IMG/VR virus record: IMGVR_UViG_3300034418_003568
Location: 1-60,335 of that record
Source of the DNA: a virus
Taxonomy: Duplodnaviria > Caudoviricetes
Length of the DNA stretch: 60,335 nucleotides
Strand: one strand, 5' to 3'
The notes below the pieces were generated by a model, which was given only the letters and a program-made list of their open reading frames with translations, made no database searches and had not been told where the DNA came from. A program made the position numbers and the translations under genes. This document shows, in pieces, positions 36,456 to 44,289 of this stretch. Numbering within the stretch: the stretch's first letter is position 1; each line of letters opens with the position of its first letter.

Positions 36456-38150
36456 ATGAATCTACAACAAGCGGTGCTATCCCAAACTCGTAACAGTCGG
36501 ATACGCTGTCCGGTCTGTTCAGGTGACCGAAAGAAAAGTCATCTACGGACAATGGGAATTACGGTTGAAGATAATCGGGTGGTGTATCAGTGTTTCCACT
36601 GCAATACATCGGGTGCAATCAGAAAGGATCGTTTCATGTATCAAGTCAAAGAACTCAGCAATCAAAACATCAAACCCATTGATCCACCGACTAGTGTCAA
36701 GCCGGAGATTGTCGAGAAGTTTTTATTGTCACGGGGCATTGATCCTCAATCTGTACAGGACTACCCGATAGTCGGGGGAACCAAATGGTTTGGAGATATC
36801 CAGTCGGAAGTCGAAGCGATTGGATTCTTGTACGGAGATAGCCGCCATCCTCAAGCGATCAAGTGGCGCAGCATCGAAGGGAAATCTTTCACGCAACAGG
36901 GGTCAGCCCGATCCTTTTTTGGTTTGAACCAGCTACCCCAAGACAGCACCGAGCTAGTCATCTGCGAAGGGGAGATGGATGTACTTGCGCTTGCGAGCAT
37001 TGGGTTCCCTGTTCTGGGTTGTCCCAATGGCGCACCCCAAAAGATCAGTGATCGGAAGGTAGATCCCGAGGACGATGGCAAGTACTCGTTTGTGTGGGAC
37101 GCACGGGAACTGATTGAAAAAGCCGAGAAGATTATCTTCTGTGGAGATCAAGACACCGCAGGCGAGGCTCTCATCGAAGAGCTAGCGCGTCGAATCGGAC
37201 GGGCGAAATGTTGGAAGGTCACGTTACCTGAAAAGGATGCGAACGAAACCCTCCAGAAACATGGGGCTGATGCTTTACGAGAGGCTGTATTAGCCGCTCA
37301 ACCCCTGCCACTGGAAGGTGTGTACTCCCCGTCAGAATTCGAGGCTCAGATCCTCTCTCTGTACGATGACGGGGTAGTCAAGGGAGCCAGCACAGGTCTC
37401 TCGACCCTTGATCCCCTTTATACCGTACTGCCGGGGCAGCTATCAGTCTTTACAGGACTGCCGGGGTCAGGTAAATCCGAATTGATCGACCAGATATGCG
37501 TCAATATTGCCCTGCAAAAAGGATGGCGATTTGCGATAGCGTCTTTCGAGAATCCTCCTGCCATGCATATCGCCAAGCTCGCTGAGAAGGTGATTGGCAA
37601 ACCGTTTTTCGGTCAGGATCGAATGAACGAGGAAGAGCGGGACTATGCGTTGCAATTCCTGAACGATCATTTCGTTTTCTTGCAGTCCCATGATGGTGCG
37701 CCAAGCACGGTGCAGTCGATCATCGATAGAACCAAAGCGGCGGTCATGCGGATGGGGGTCAGAGGTTTGATCATCGACCCCTACAACTATTTGGATATGG
37801 GAACGGACAGCGAACACCAAGCGATCAGTAAGATGCTCACCGACATTGTGTTGTTCTGCAAAAGCCACGACCTCCATGCATGGTTTGTCGCGCATCCTGC
37901 TAAAGCGTTACCGGATAGTGGTGTACCGAAGGGTCAGCATATCTCTGGCAGCGCGGCGTGGTTTGCCAAAGCAGATATGGGTGTCACCGTCCATCGAAAC
38001 AAGAACCAGACCGAGGTTCATGTCTGGAAGTCACGATTCAAATGGGTGGGATCGGTTGGCATGGTGGACTTGAACTACCACATCCCTACGGGAACCTACT
38101 CAGACAAACAACACTGGAACAATTCCAGTGATTGGGATGTAGACCTGTGA
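36456..38150 (+). CDS. Bifunctional DNA primase-helicase (T7 gp4/Twinkle-like)
   Basis: Zn finger CPVC...CFHC; TOPRIM EGEMD, DQD.AG, KDANE; Walker A GLPGSGKS; IIDPYN; VAHP. Confidence 0.92.
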   Translation: MNLQQAVLSQTRNSRIRCPVCSGDRKKSHLRTMGITVEDNRVVYQCFHCNTSGAIRKDRFMYQVKELSNQNIKPIDPPTSVKPEIVEKFLLSRGIDPQSVQDYPIVGGTKWFGDIQSEVEAIGFLYGDSRHPQAIKWRSIEGKSFTQQGSARSFFGLNQLPQDSTELVICEGEMDVLALASIGFPVLGCPNGAPQKISDRKVDPEDDGKYSFVWDARELIEKAEKIIFCGDQDTAGEALIEELARRIGRAKCWKVTLPEKDANETLQKHGADALREAVLAAQPLPLEGVYSPSEFEAQILSLYDDGVVKGASTGLSTLDPLYTVLPGQLSVFTGLPGSGKSELIDQICVNIALQKGWRFAIASFENPPAMHIAKLAEKVIGKPFFGQDRMNEEERDYALQFLNDHFVFLQSHDGAPSTVQSIIDRTKAAVMRMGVRGLIIDPYNYLDMGTDSEHQAISKMLTDIVLFCKSHDLHAWFVAHPAKALPDSGVPKGQHISGSAAWFAKADMGVTVHRNKNQTEVHVWKSRFKWVGSVGMVDLNYHIPTGTYSDKQHWNNSSDWDVDL

Positions 38151-38626
38151 GCTACATCATCCTGAGTGAAGCCGAGCAAAGGCTTGCCAAGTTCCTCGCG
38201 CAAAGACGATACGAGAACGCACGAAACAAGGGACTGACGAACGCGAAGATGGGGGATCAGTCAAACGAACTGACCGATCTCGAAGGGATCGCATCCGAGA
38301 TTGCGTTCTGCAAACTTGCGAACATCTATCCGGATCTGGATCTGGATCACACGAACGCTGCTGATTGTTACTTGAGAGATGGCAGGGCAGTGGATGTAAA
38401 GTCCACGACCTACAAGACAGGACGATTGCTGTCGGTGCGGTGGAAGGATGTCACCAAGGTGGATGTATTTGTACTGATGGTCGGAGAGTTCCCCAAGTAT
38501 CGGTGCGCGGGGTTCATGCAAGCCAAGGATTTGATACAACCTCAGAGGCTCACCGATCTAGGTCATGGAACAGGGTATGCTGCAACCCAGAACGAATTGC
38601 AGCCCGTGGAATTCTTGTTCAAATAA
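38147..38626 (+). CDS. Hypothetical protein, possibly PD-(D/E)XK fold
   Basis: G...E.AF...D......VDVKST; GTGA overlap with the primase stop. Confidence 0.55.
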   Translation: MSYIILSEAEQRLAKFLAQRRYENARNKGLTNAKMGDQSNELTDLEGIASEIAFCKLANIYPDLDLDHTNAADCYLRDGRAVDVKSTTYKTGRLLSVRWKDVTKVDVFVLMVGEFPKYRCAGFMQAKDLIQPQRLTDLGHGTGYAATQNELQPVEFLFK

Positions 38627-38667
38627 AAACCCCCGACACCCCGAAGGATGCCGAGGGTGTCAGGGTT
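38621..38667 (-). terminator. Intrinsic terminator ending the early operon
   Basis: CCCTGACACCCTCG...CGGGGTGTCGGGGG followed by TTTTTATTT on the minus strand. Confidence 0.7.
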
Positions 38668-38851
38668 ATCGAACCCGAATGGAAGTCGGGCAAACCTCAT
38701 GCGAGCGAATGGTTTTAACGTACTCGCTCCCGAGGTAGTCGTAATAACAGATCTTATTCATGCCACTCAGCTTCTCGCCTTTGTAGAAGGCTGTCCCTGC
38801 AAAGGCACTTGCACTTGCGATCATGGCTAAAAGAACAATCCACTTTTTCAT
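38666..38851 (-). CDS. Small secreted protein with signal peptide and two Cys
   Basis: MKKWIVLLAMIASASAFA signal; CYYDYLGS...CPTSI; CAGGAG RBS. Confidence 0.65.
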   Translation of the reverse strand: MKKWIVLLAMIASASAFAGTAFYKGEKLSGMNKICYYDYLGSEYVKTIRSHEVCPTSIRVR

Positions 38852-39093
38852 ACACTCTCTCCTGCTTCGCGATAAGCCCAAGCCAGACATTGACTTTGGG
38901 AACCTTTGAAATATCTAAACTCATCACTGTTAGTGAATGCAACCCATCGATCTTTCCAGATCCTGCCCTCCGAAGGGAACACCCAAACCTTTGGGTTCCC
39001 GTTGGGATCATGGAAGGTCAGTGCCTCTGGAACTTTTTGTCTGTGAGTTTTTCCATCATCACCTTTGATACATAAGCCGCTGTCGATGCCCAT
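38848..39093 (-). CDS. Hypothetical protein (start uncertain)
   Basis: Stop overlaps the ATG of the next gene (ATGA). Confidence 0.4.
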   Translation of the reverse strand: MGIDSGLCIKGDDGKTHRQKVPEALTFHDPNGNPKVWVFPSEGRIWKDRWVAFTNSDEFRYFKGSQSQCLAWAYREAGESV

Positions 39094-39344
39094 TCCTCTG
39101 CCTCCTCTGGATCGTCAGTTTCAAACGCTCTTACCGCTAGGGTTCGTGCGAATTCAGACAACAGTTTTAAAACTCTGTGATCCTTGAACCGCATCTTCTC
39201 CAGATTCTCAGGCACGATATCAAAGATCAATCCGTTATCAGAATCGAACACCTCGAACATGGTGTCGAAGTCGATGTTGTTTTGAATCAACTCAGATTCA
39301 GTGAGCATATCGCCTGAGTAAGGATCAACAAACATTCTTTCCAT
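39018..39344 (-). CDS. Hypothetical protein
   Basis: GAGGTG RBS and ATG. Confidence 0.6.
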   Translation of the reverse strand: MERMFVDPYSGDMLTESELIQNNIDFDTMFEVFDSDNGLIFDIVPENLEKMRFKDHRVLKLLSEFARTLAVRAFETDDPEEAEEWASTAAYVSKVMMEKLTDKKFQRH

Positions 39345-39353
39345 AGCGTCACC

Positions 39354-39551
39354 TCAAAATGGCATTTCGTTTTCGTACTCTTCGTAGCAATCACCCATCC
39401 CTCGTGTCCATGGGTCAGTGGCTAATGCGTTTTCAATTCCTTTGATCCGCTCTTCGATCTTAGCTTGACCCATCAGGATTCGCTGTAACAAGAACGTGAT
39501 TTGATCTTGCTTTGTGTGTAGCGTGGATAGAATCAGTTCATCTTGGATCAT
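39354..39551 (-). CDS. Hypothetical protein
   Basis: CAGGAG RBS; ATGA coupling. Confidence 0.6.
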   Translation of the reverse strand: MIQDELILSTLHTKQDQITFLLQRILMGQAKIEERIKGIENALATDPWTRGMGDCYEEYENEMPF

Positions 39552-39733
39552 TGGTTAATCTCCTGTCTGTGATGTTGTAGCTCGACCCACTTGCGTGTCA
39601 GTGCGTTAGCAATCTCTGTGGATTCTTTTTGATACTGGGTTTGCAGTGCCTCGAACTTAGCAGCAGCGCGGTGTAGCTGTGCTTTGAGTTCCCGATACTC
39701 TGCATCCAACATCTTTTCGTAAGGGTCAGTCAT
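39548..39733 (-). CDS. Hypothetical coiled-coil protein
   Basis: GAGGTG RBS. Confidence 0.6.
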   Translation of the reverse strand: MTDPYEKMLDAEYRELKAQLHRAAAKFEALQTQYQKESTEIANALTRKWVELQHHRQEINQ

Positions 39734-39854
39734 GGCTCACCTCTATGTGGCACTGGGGTTCGTTGTCGCAGGGTTCGATGAACGCCGCCAGTAGATAGAT
39801 AGCTGCGATCAGTCCGAGCCGAACGGCTAGCCCGATTTTGTCAGTGCGGGTCAT
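39726..39854 (-). CDS. Small membrane protein (42 aa, not in ORF track)
   Basis: MTRTDKIGLAVRLGLIAAIYLLAAFIEPCD...; ATGA coupling. Confidence 0.5.
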   Translation of the reverse strand: MTRTDKIGLAVRLGLIAAIYLLAAFIEPCDNEPQCHIEVSHD

Positions 39855-40048
39855 GGCATAGCCGCCATGACTCGACTGACGATAGCCTCGACCTCACCCG
39901 CTTCGCGGCTCATGCCAATGGCATCTAAGTGCGATGCCAGTTCAAGACCCATCGCGATGGCGATGTCCGCAGACTCAGCCTTACGCTTTGCGCGTAAGCC
40001 CTCAAGCAGTCCGTCCCTCTCGCTAGCTGTTAGTGTTTCAGGAATCAT
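39851..40048 (-). CDS. Hypothetical early protein
   Basis: GAGGTGCAGC-ATG. Confidence 0.65.
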   Translation of the reverse strand: MIPETLTASERDGLLEGLRAKRKAESADIAIAMGLELASHLDAIGMSREAGEVEAIVSRVMAAMP

Positions 40049-40254
40049 GCTGCACCTCGCTCGTAATTAAGTTCGACTTCACGTTCATTGTCTGCGTCTT
40101 GTTTCGCAACGAAGAACGCTTGAAAAAGATCGACGTAAAATTGTTGCGACACTGGACGATTAGCATCAATTGCTTTGAGTTCCATGCTAGTGGCATGGCT
40201 CATGATGTAATCGATCTGCTGCTTGGTTAAGAGAACGGGGATCTTGCCACTCAT
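40045..40254 (-). CDS. Hypothetical early protein
   Basis: GGGGTGCAGC-ATG. Confidence 0.65.
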   Translation of the reverse strand: MSGKIPVLLTKQQIDYIMSHATSMELKAIDANRPVSQQFYVDLFQAFFVAKQDADNEREVELNYERGAA

Positions 40255-40514
40255 GCTGCACCCCGTTGATCGATCTGCAATTGCTCATCGATATATTCTT
40301 TCGCGGCATCCAAAGCCTCATGCCCTTCAAAGTTGATGAACTTGAAAGGTGCCGTGATTATTTCTGCCTTAGTCAAAAACAGCAGCGTTTTACGTTGCTG
40401 CATTCTGCCCACCAAAGTCAGCGAATCATAAGTTAGTTCGATTGAATGACCGCGATGCGTGACGGTGTCTGAGTCCTCTTTGAGGATGTATCCAGTAACG
40501 CCTGAGACATTCAT
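40251..40514 (-). CDS. Hypothetical early protein
   Basis: GGAGGTGCAGTC-ATG; 3' half of track ORF 40251..40790. Confidence 0.65.
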   Translation of the reverse strand: MNVSGVTGYILKEDSDTVTHRGHSIELTYDSLTLVGRMQQRKTLLFLTKAEIITAPFKFINFEGHEALDAAKEYIDEQLQIDQRGAA

Positions 40515-40681
40515 GACTGCACCTCCAATTGATATTCGTAAGCCCAATGACCGTTGTCTAAATCGTAGACGGGCTGATCGTTCTGCTCTCCACGGTCTAC
40601 GATCTGCGCGGGGATGGGGGCGCGAGACCCCCAACCTCCACGCCAAATGACTTGCTGTCCGACCTCGTACTGGTAGTTCAT
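40511..40681 (-). CDS. Small SH3-like early protein (56 aa, not in ORF track)
   Basis: MNYQYEVGQQVIWRGGWG...VYDLDNGHWAYEYQL; GAGGTGCAACA-ATG; coupled at both ends. Confidence 0.65.
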   Translation of the reverse strand: MNYQYEVGQQVIWRGGWGSRAPIPAQIVDRGEQNDQPVYDLDNGHWAYEYQLEVQS

Positions 40682-40932
40682 TGTTGCACCTCTGTAGCTT
40701 TGTTGATGGCGGTAAGCGTAGCTTTGGCGCTAGCTTTGATGGATGCCGAGCAAAGATCTGGCGCGAACTTGTGAGCGTAATACTCAGCATCAGTTCGTAA
40801 CGAATTCAGATGGGGATCGTCGGCGCTGACATAGACATGACGGTCAGTTGACTTAACGTCATCCGGTGTCGGCAACCCCCGCTCAGAGTGGTCGATGTAA
40901 AACTTCCAAGGAAGTCGAATAAGCTTTGACAT
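40678..40932 (-). CDS. Hypothetical early protein
   Basis: AAGGTGCAATC-ATG. Confidence 0.65.
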   Translation of the reverse strand: MSKLIRLPWKFYIDHSERGLPTPDDVKSTDRHVYVSADDPHLNSLRTDAEYYAHKFAPDLCSASIKASAKATLTAINKATEVQQ

Positions 40933-40948
40933 GATTGCACCTTTGCTG

Positions 40949-41140
40949 TTAACGCCAACCTGCGCTACGTTCTGTGTGGTAGTAGTGGTTTCCGATTTCA
41001 CGCGCAGCGGATTTAGCATCCGCATACGATTGATAGACGCGATCAAGAACTAATCCGGTGACGTTGTTGTAGACGCGCCATTCATTTCCGCATCCCTCAA
41101 CGCTAGTGTATCGGGTGACTGGGTATTCTTTGGTCTGCAT
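40949..41140 (-). CDS. Hypothetical early protein
   Basis: GAGGTGCAACGTC-ATG downstream of a promoter. Confidence 0.65.
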   Translation of the reverse strand: MQTKEYPVTRYTSVEGCGNEWRVYNNVTGLVLDRVYQSYADAKSAAREIGNHYYHTERSAGWR

Positions 41141-41167
41141 GACGTTGCACCTCATGTTTGTTTGCTA

Positions 41168-41197
41168 AGTATACATGATAACCTGTGTACCTGTCAA
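41168..41197 (-). promoter_or_regulatory. Internal early sigma70 promoter, copy B
   Basis: TTGACA-ggtacacaggttatcatg(18)-TATACT. Confidence 0.75.
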
Positions 41198-41382
41198 GCG
41201 CAGTCCCGCTCATGGTAGGGGCATACATCCAGAACTTCGATAACATCTGAGCCTAGTTCGCACAGCCTGTCTTCCACTTTGTCAGGGTCTGCGTTGCCCA
41301 ATTCCTCGGGCGTAAAACAGGTCACCGCATAGCCTTGTGCGCGAATCTTGTTTAGCACTTCAAAGATTTCATTCTCGCTCAT
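41194..41382 (-). CDS. Hypothetical early protein
   Basis: GAGGTGCAATC-ATG. Confidence 0.65.
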   Translation of the reverse strand: MSENEIFEVLNKIRAQGYAVTCFTPEELGNADPDKVEDRLCELGSDVIEVLDVCPYHERDCA

Positions 41383-41391
41383 GATTGCACC

Positions 41392-41571
41392 TCAAAATTT
41401 AATGGATTGGACTTGCACTTCAATGTCGATCCCCATGCGTTTGATATCGCGTAGGTTCACCGCATCGAATGTTTTTTGTTTCATTAGTTGAGCGAACTGC
41501 TCCGCGAGTTCGTTGACAGGGTAAAACTTGATCGACCCATACACGTTCCGCTGTTCGACTTGCACAGTCAT
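41392..41571 (-). CDS. Small early protein (59 aa, not in ORF track)
   Basis: MTVQVEQRNVYGSIKFYPVNELAEQFAQLMKQKTF...; GGAGG RBS. Confidence 0.65.
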   Translation of the reverse strand: MTVQVEQRNVYGSIKFYPVNELAEQFAQLMKQKTFDAVNLRDIKRMGIDIEVQVQSIKF

Positions 41572-41573
41572 GG

Positions 41574-41780
41574 TTAACCCTCCAAGGTGACGGTGTTGGC
41601 GAGTCGGTCAGATATCAGACCGTCGCGGTTTAGGTTGTCTACAAATACCGAGAACAAAAACCACACCAAGCTACGGTCACGGCTGTGACGTAGATGCGAG
41701 TAAGCTGCCCAGAATTCTTTGCGGACAGCACGGGCTGATGTAATTCGATTGATCATGATTGCTTGTGTATGGTTGTTCAT
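41574..41780 (-). CDS. Hypothetical early protein
   Basis: AAGGTG RBS; FVD.L.RDG.ISD motif. Confidence 0.6.
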   Translation of the reverse strand: MNNHTQAIMINRITSARAVRKEFWAAYSHLRHSRDRSLVWFLFSVFVDNLNRDGLISDRLANTVTLEG

Positions 41781-41956
41781 TGGTTCACCTTGTGTTTGAG
41801 TATTTCGCGGTATCGCTCCGCAGTCGTTGAATTGGGATAGGCGGCAATGTACTGACGCATACGCCACTCATAAACTTCTTGCTCTTTTTTAAACTCATCA
41901 AATCGCGGATCTTGCAGACGTTCTAACCCTGCTATTTGGCTTCTATCAATAATCAT
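41777..41956 (-). CDS. Small early protein (59 aa, not in ORF track)
   Basis: MIIDRSQIAGLERLQDPRF...; GGAGGTGCAATC-ATG; coupled at both ends. Confidence 0.6.
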   Translation of the reverse strand: MIIDRSQIAGLERLQDPRFDEFKKEQEVYEWRMRQYIAAYPNSTTAERYREILKHKVNQ

Positions 41957-42201
41957 GATTGCACCTCCAAGTTTTTTGTTGAGCTAGCTTTGATGGCTGC
42001 CTCTTCCGCATAGTACGCACGCCAGAGCGCACTGCGTGCGGTTAATAAATGTGGCGGGTAAGCATCTAGCGTGATGCCACATTCGCGTAGATGACCGAGC
42101 GCGTTGATAGCGTTTTCTATGCAGTCAAGCCGCAATTTGCGGATGTATTGAGCGTGGGATTGCACCTCACATTCAGTCTTAAACAACTCAGGCATACCCA
42201 T
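41953..42201 (-). CDS. Hypothetical early protein
   Basis: GGAGGTGCAATC-ATG downstream of a promoter. Confidence 0.6.
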   Translation of the reverse strand: MGMPELFKTECEVQSHAQYIRKLRLDCIENAINALGHLRECGITLDAYPPHLLTARSALWRAYYAEEAAIKASSTKNLEVQS

Positions 42202-42224
42202 GATTGCACCTCCAAGTTTTTTGC

Positions 42225-42254
42225 AGTATAGATGATAACTTGTGTACTTGTCAA
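42225..42254 (-). promoter_or_regulatory. Internal early sigma70 promoter, copy A
   Basis: TTGACA-agtacacaagttatcatc(18)-TATACT. Confidence 0.75.
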
Positions 42255-42529
42255 GCGAACGCTTCCTCTTCACCGAGTCTCTCGACAACCTCGTAGACGA
42301 TGCGCTCGCACTCATGGCGAGTGGGACGCTTGCTCCAACGTTGCTCATCACCGAAGCCGAGTGACCAGACCCAACCTCCGTAGACTTGCACCGCGCAACC
42401 CCTGTAGTTCAGCACCCTGTCACTGATTTGTTGTTGATAATCCATTTCGGTTTCTTTGGATTCGTGTCCAAGATGTCCCCATCGACGGTCATCATTGATG
42501 ATGTCTTGTTTTAAATTTTCATCGTTCAT
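42251..42529 (-). CDS. Hypothetical early protein
   Basis: GAGGTGCAAACA-ATG just downstream of hammerhead 1. Confidence 0.6.
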   Translation of the reverse strand: MNDENLKQDIINDDRRWGHLGHESKETEMDYQQQISDRVLNYRGCAVQVYGGWVWSLGFGDEQRWSKRPTRHECERIVYEVVERLGEEEAFA

Positions 42530-42561
42530 TGTTTGCACCTCTGGTTGATAATTTAGTTGTC

Positions 42562-42617
42562 TGATGGTCTCATCAGGCGTAGCACCACTACGCGACCCGC
42601 CGAAGCGGGTTTCGACC
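42562..42617 (-). ncRNA. Hammerhead ribozyme, type II (copy 1)
   Basis: GGTC GAAA CCCGC TTCG GCGGG TC^GCGTAG TGGTG CTACGC CTGATGA GACC ATCA: complete core, three stems, GUC site (cut 42594/42593). Confidence 0.93.
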
Positions 42618-42619
42618 TG

Positions 42620-42892
42620 TTAGATCACCCCAAGGCGGCGAAGACGTTCGTTGAATTTTTCAGCAATCGAATTGGTGATCACGCAATCAGGATCGAATGC
42701 GTCACCCGTGCGATATCTAACATCGTCAAGCATGGCAAGCCATGCAGCACGATCACCCGCGAAATACCAACGTCTGGCATTCGGTCTCGCGGTCTTCAGC
42801 CCGTAGACTTCCAGTACGTCGCCAGAATCCAGTGATAACTGGCGAACGATTACTGATGGAACGGATATTTCAAATTGCTGTTCCTGTAGCAC
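42620..42892 (-). CDS. Hypothetical early protein
   Basis: AGGAG RBS, GTG start; stop abuts hammerhead 1. Confidence 0.6.
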   Translation of the reverse strand: MLQEQQFEISVPSVIVRQLSLDSGDVLEVYGLKTARPNARRWYFAGDRAAWLAMLDDVRYRTGDAFDPDCVITNSIAEKFNERLRRLGVI

Positions 42893-42918
42893 AGTGATTC
42901 TCCTATCGGGTTTTGATC

Positions 42919-43083
42919 TTAGTCAACGTAATAATCGTCATCCCATAAGCTGACGCGTTGTTCTGCGCGTTTACGTACGAGACTGGGATCAAGCCATTCA
43001 TCGAATGGCGGAAATTCAAAGCCACAGGCTCGCGCTTCCGCACGTTCCTCGCAGTACTGCTGATATTTCAATTCGTCGGTCAT
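42919..43083 (-). CDS. Small early protein (54 aa, not in ORF track)
   Basis: MTDELKYQQYCEERAEARACGFEFPPFDEWL...; GAGGA RBS; ATGA coupling. Confidence 0.6.
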   Translation of the reverse strand: MTDELKYQQYCEERAEARACGFEFPPFDEWLDPSLVRKRAEQRVSLWDDDYYVD

Positions 43084-43304
43084 GCTGCGTCCTCTTCAGC
43101 ACCGAACACTAGCTCCCACTCGTCTTTCAGTTCCTCGTCAGAGCGGGTTGCAAATCCAATAAATCCATCACGCAAGTAGGCTTTCAGGACTGCATGATCG
43201 TTGTCTACAAAGTCAAGATCCCTGTCCTCATTCCACAAATAGCTGATCGATTCTTTGATCAACGCTTCGATAACTTGTTCTCTCGTTAAATCTTTGTATT
43301 GCAT
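43080..43304 (-). CDS. Hypothetical acidic early protein
   Basis: TAGGTGCAACT-ATG downstream of hammerhead 2. Confidence 0.65.
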   Translation of the reverse strand: MQYKDLTREQVIEALIKESISYLWNEDRDLDFVDNDHAVLKAYLRDGFIGFATRSDEELKDEWELVFGAEEDAA

Positions 43305-43330
43305 AGTTGCACCTATGTGGGTTGGTTGTC

Positions 43331-43386
43331 TGATGGTCTCATCAGTACGGGCATCACCCGTAGACCCGCCGGAGCGGGTTTCGACC
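43331..43386 (-). ncRNA. Hammerhead ribozyme, type II (copy 2)
   Basis: GGTC GAAA CCCGC TCCG GCGGG TC^TACGGG TGATG CCCGTA CTGATGA GACC ATCA (cut 43363/43362). Confidence 0.93.
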
Positions 43387-43388
43387 TG

Positions 43389-44264
43389 TTAGGCGGCTTC
43401 CTTAAGTTCCTCAGACTCACGACCGAGCAACAGTTCGGATGCCTTGCGAGCAAGCGATGCAGCTTTAAAGATCGCCCGTTTGTCATTCTTGAGAACGCTC
43501 AGCCAGTTGTTTAAATACTGGGCGTGATCGACTCGCGGGGAGTTGGTGATACCGAGTTCCGCGCACAAAAACGCCGCACCTAGCTCCGCGACCAGTTCCT
43601 CGAACGCATAGTCTGAGTTACCGAAACTTGCTAGCTTGTGACGATTCAAGCGGGTAGCATGACCCGTCCAATGCACCAACTCATGCGAGAGGGTGCTGTA
43701 GTAGCACTCAGTCGCTGTCGAATGCTCAGTGCCGCGAAACAGTGACTTGATCGGCATATGCACAAAGTCACCCGCAGGTGAGTAAAAAGCGCGGGATTCA
43801 GGCGATTCGCGGATATCCGCACCTGTCCCTTTTGCCCATGCTTCGACGGATTCCATATCCATGACTTCGACCGGATCGTCTGATGGGTTGTCGAAGCTGC
43901 GAGCGTAGTCACCCTCGACCTGTTCCGAGTTGAACACGGTCGAATATCTGATCATTGGGAACACCGAGACGTTACCCTCTGAATCCTCTTTTTTCAGCAT
44001 CTTGAAATAGGTCACCATGTGACCTTTCGCACCCTTTTTGACGGTGCAATTCTTTGATGCCCATTGCTGATAACCCGCCCATGCGTTGGACTGAAAGGGC
44101 GTGAAATTCAACATGAGGATATTGACTCCGCGATAGTTCCGCTGAGTCACTGCGTTGAATGGGCGTAGGCTTGTCTTGCCTTTATTGAACGGGTTCACCC
44201 AGTCCGCACCGGATTCGGTCATTTGCTTGATCACTTGATCTGTCACGGTTTGATAAATATCCAT
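43389..44264 (-). CDS. ardC: Antirestriction protein ArdC (ssDNA-binding plus zincin-like domain)
   Basis: DIYQ.VTD..I, YRGVN, VFN.EQV, AFYSP..D...MP, HELVHWTGH..RL.R, YA.EELVAELGAAFL, YL..WL.VLK.DKRAIF.AA. Confidence 0.92.
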   Translation of the reverse strand: MDIYQTVTDQVIKQMTESGADWVNPFNKGKTSLRPFNAVTQRNYRGVNILMLNFTPFQSNAWAGYQQWASKNCTVKKGAKGHMVTYFKMLKKEDSEGNVSVFPMIRYSTVFNSEQVEGDYARSFDNPSDDPVEVMDMESVEAWAKGTGADIRESPESRAFYSPAGDFVHMPIKSLFRGTEHSTATECYYSTLSHELVHWTGHATRLNRHKLASFGNSDYAFEELVAELGAAFLCAELGITNSPRVDHAQYLNNWLSVLKNDKRAIFKAASLARKASELLLGRESEELKEAA

Positions 44265-44289
44265 AGTTGCACCTATGTGGGTTGATGGC

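Noticed and set aside
40251-40790. Track ORF of 179 aa as a single gene
   Set aside because: SD motifs and stop/start coupling support separate genes at 40251-40514, 40511-40681 and 40678-40932
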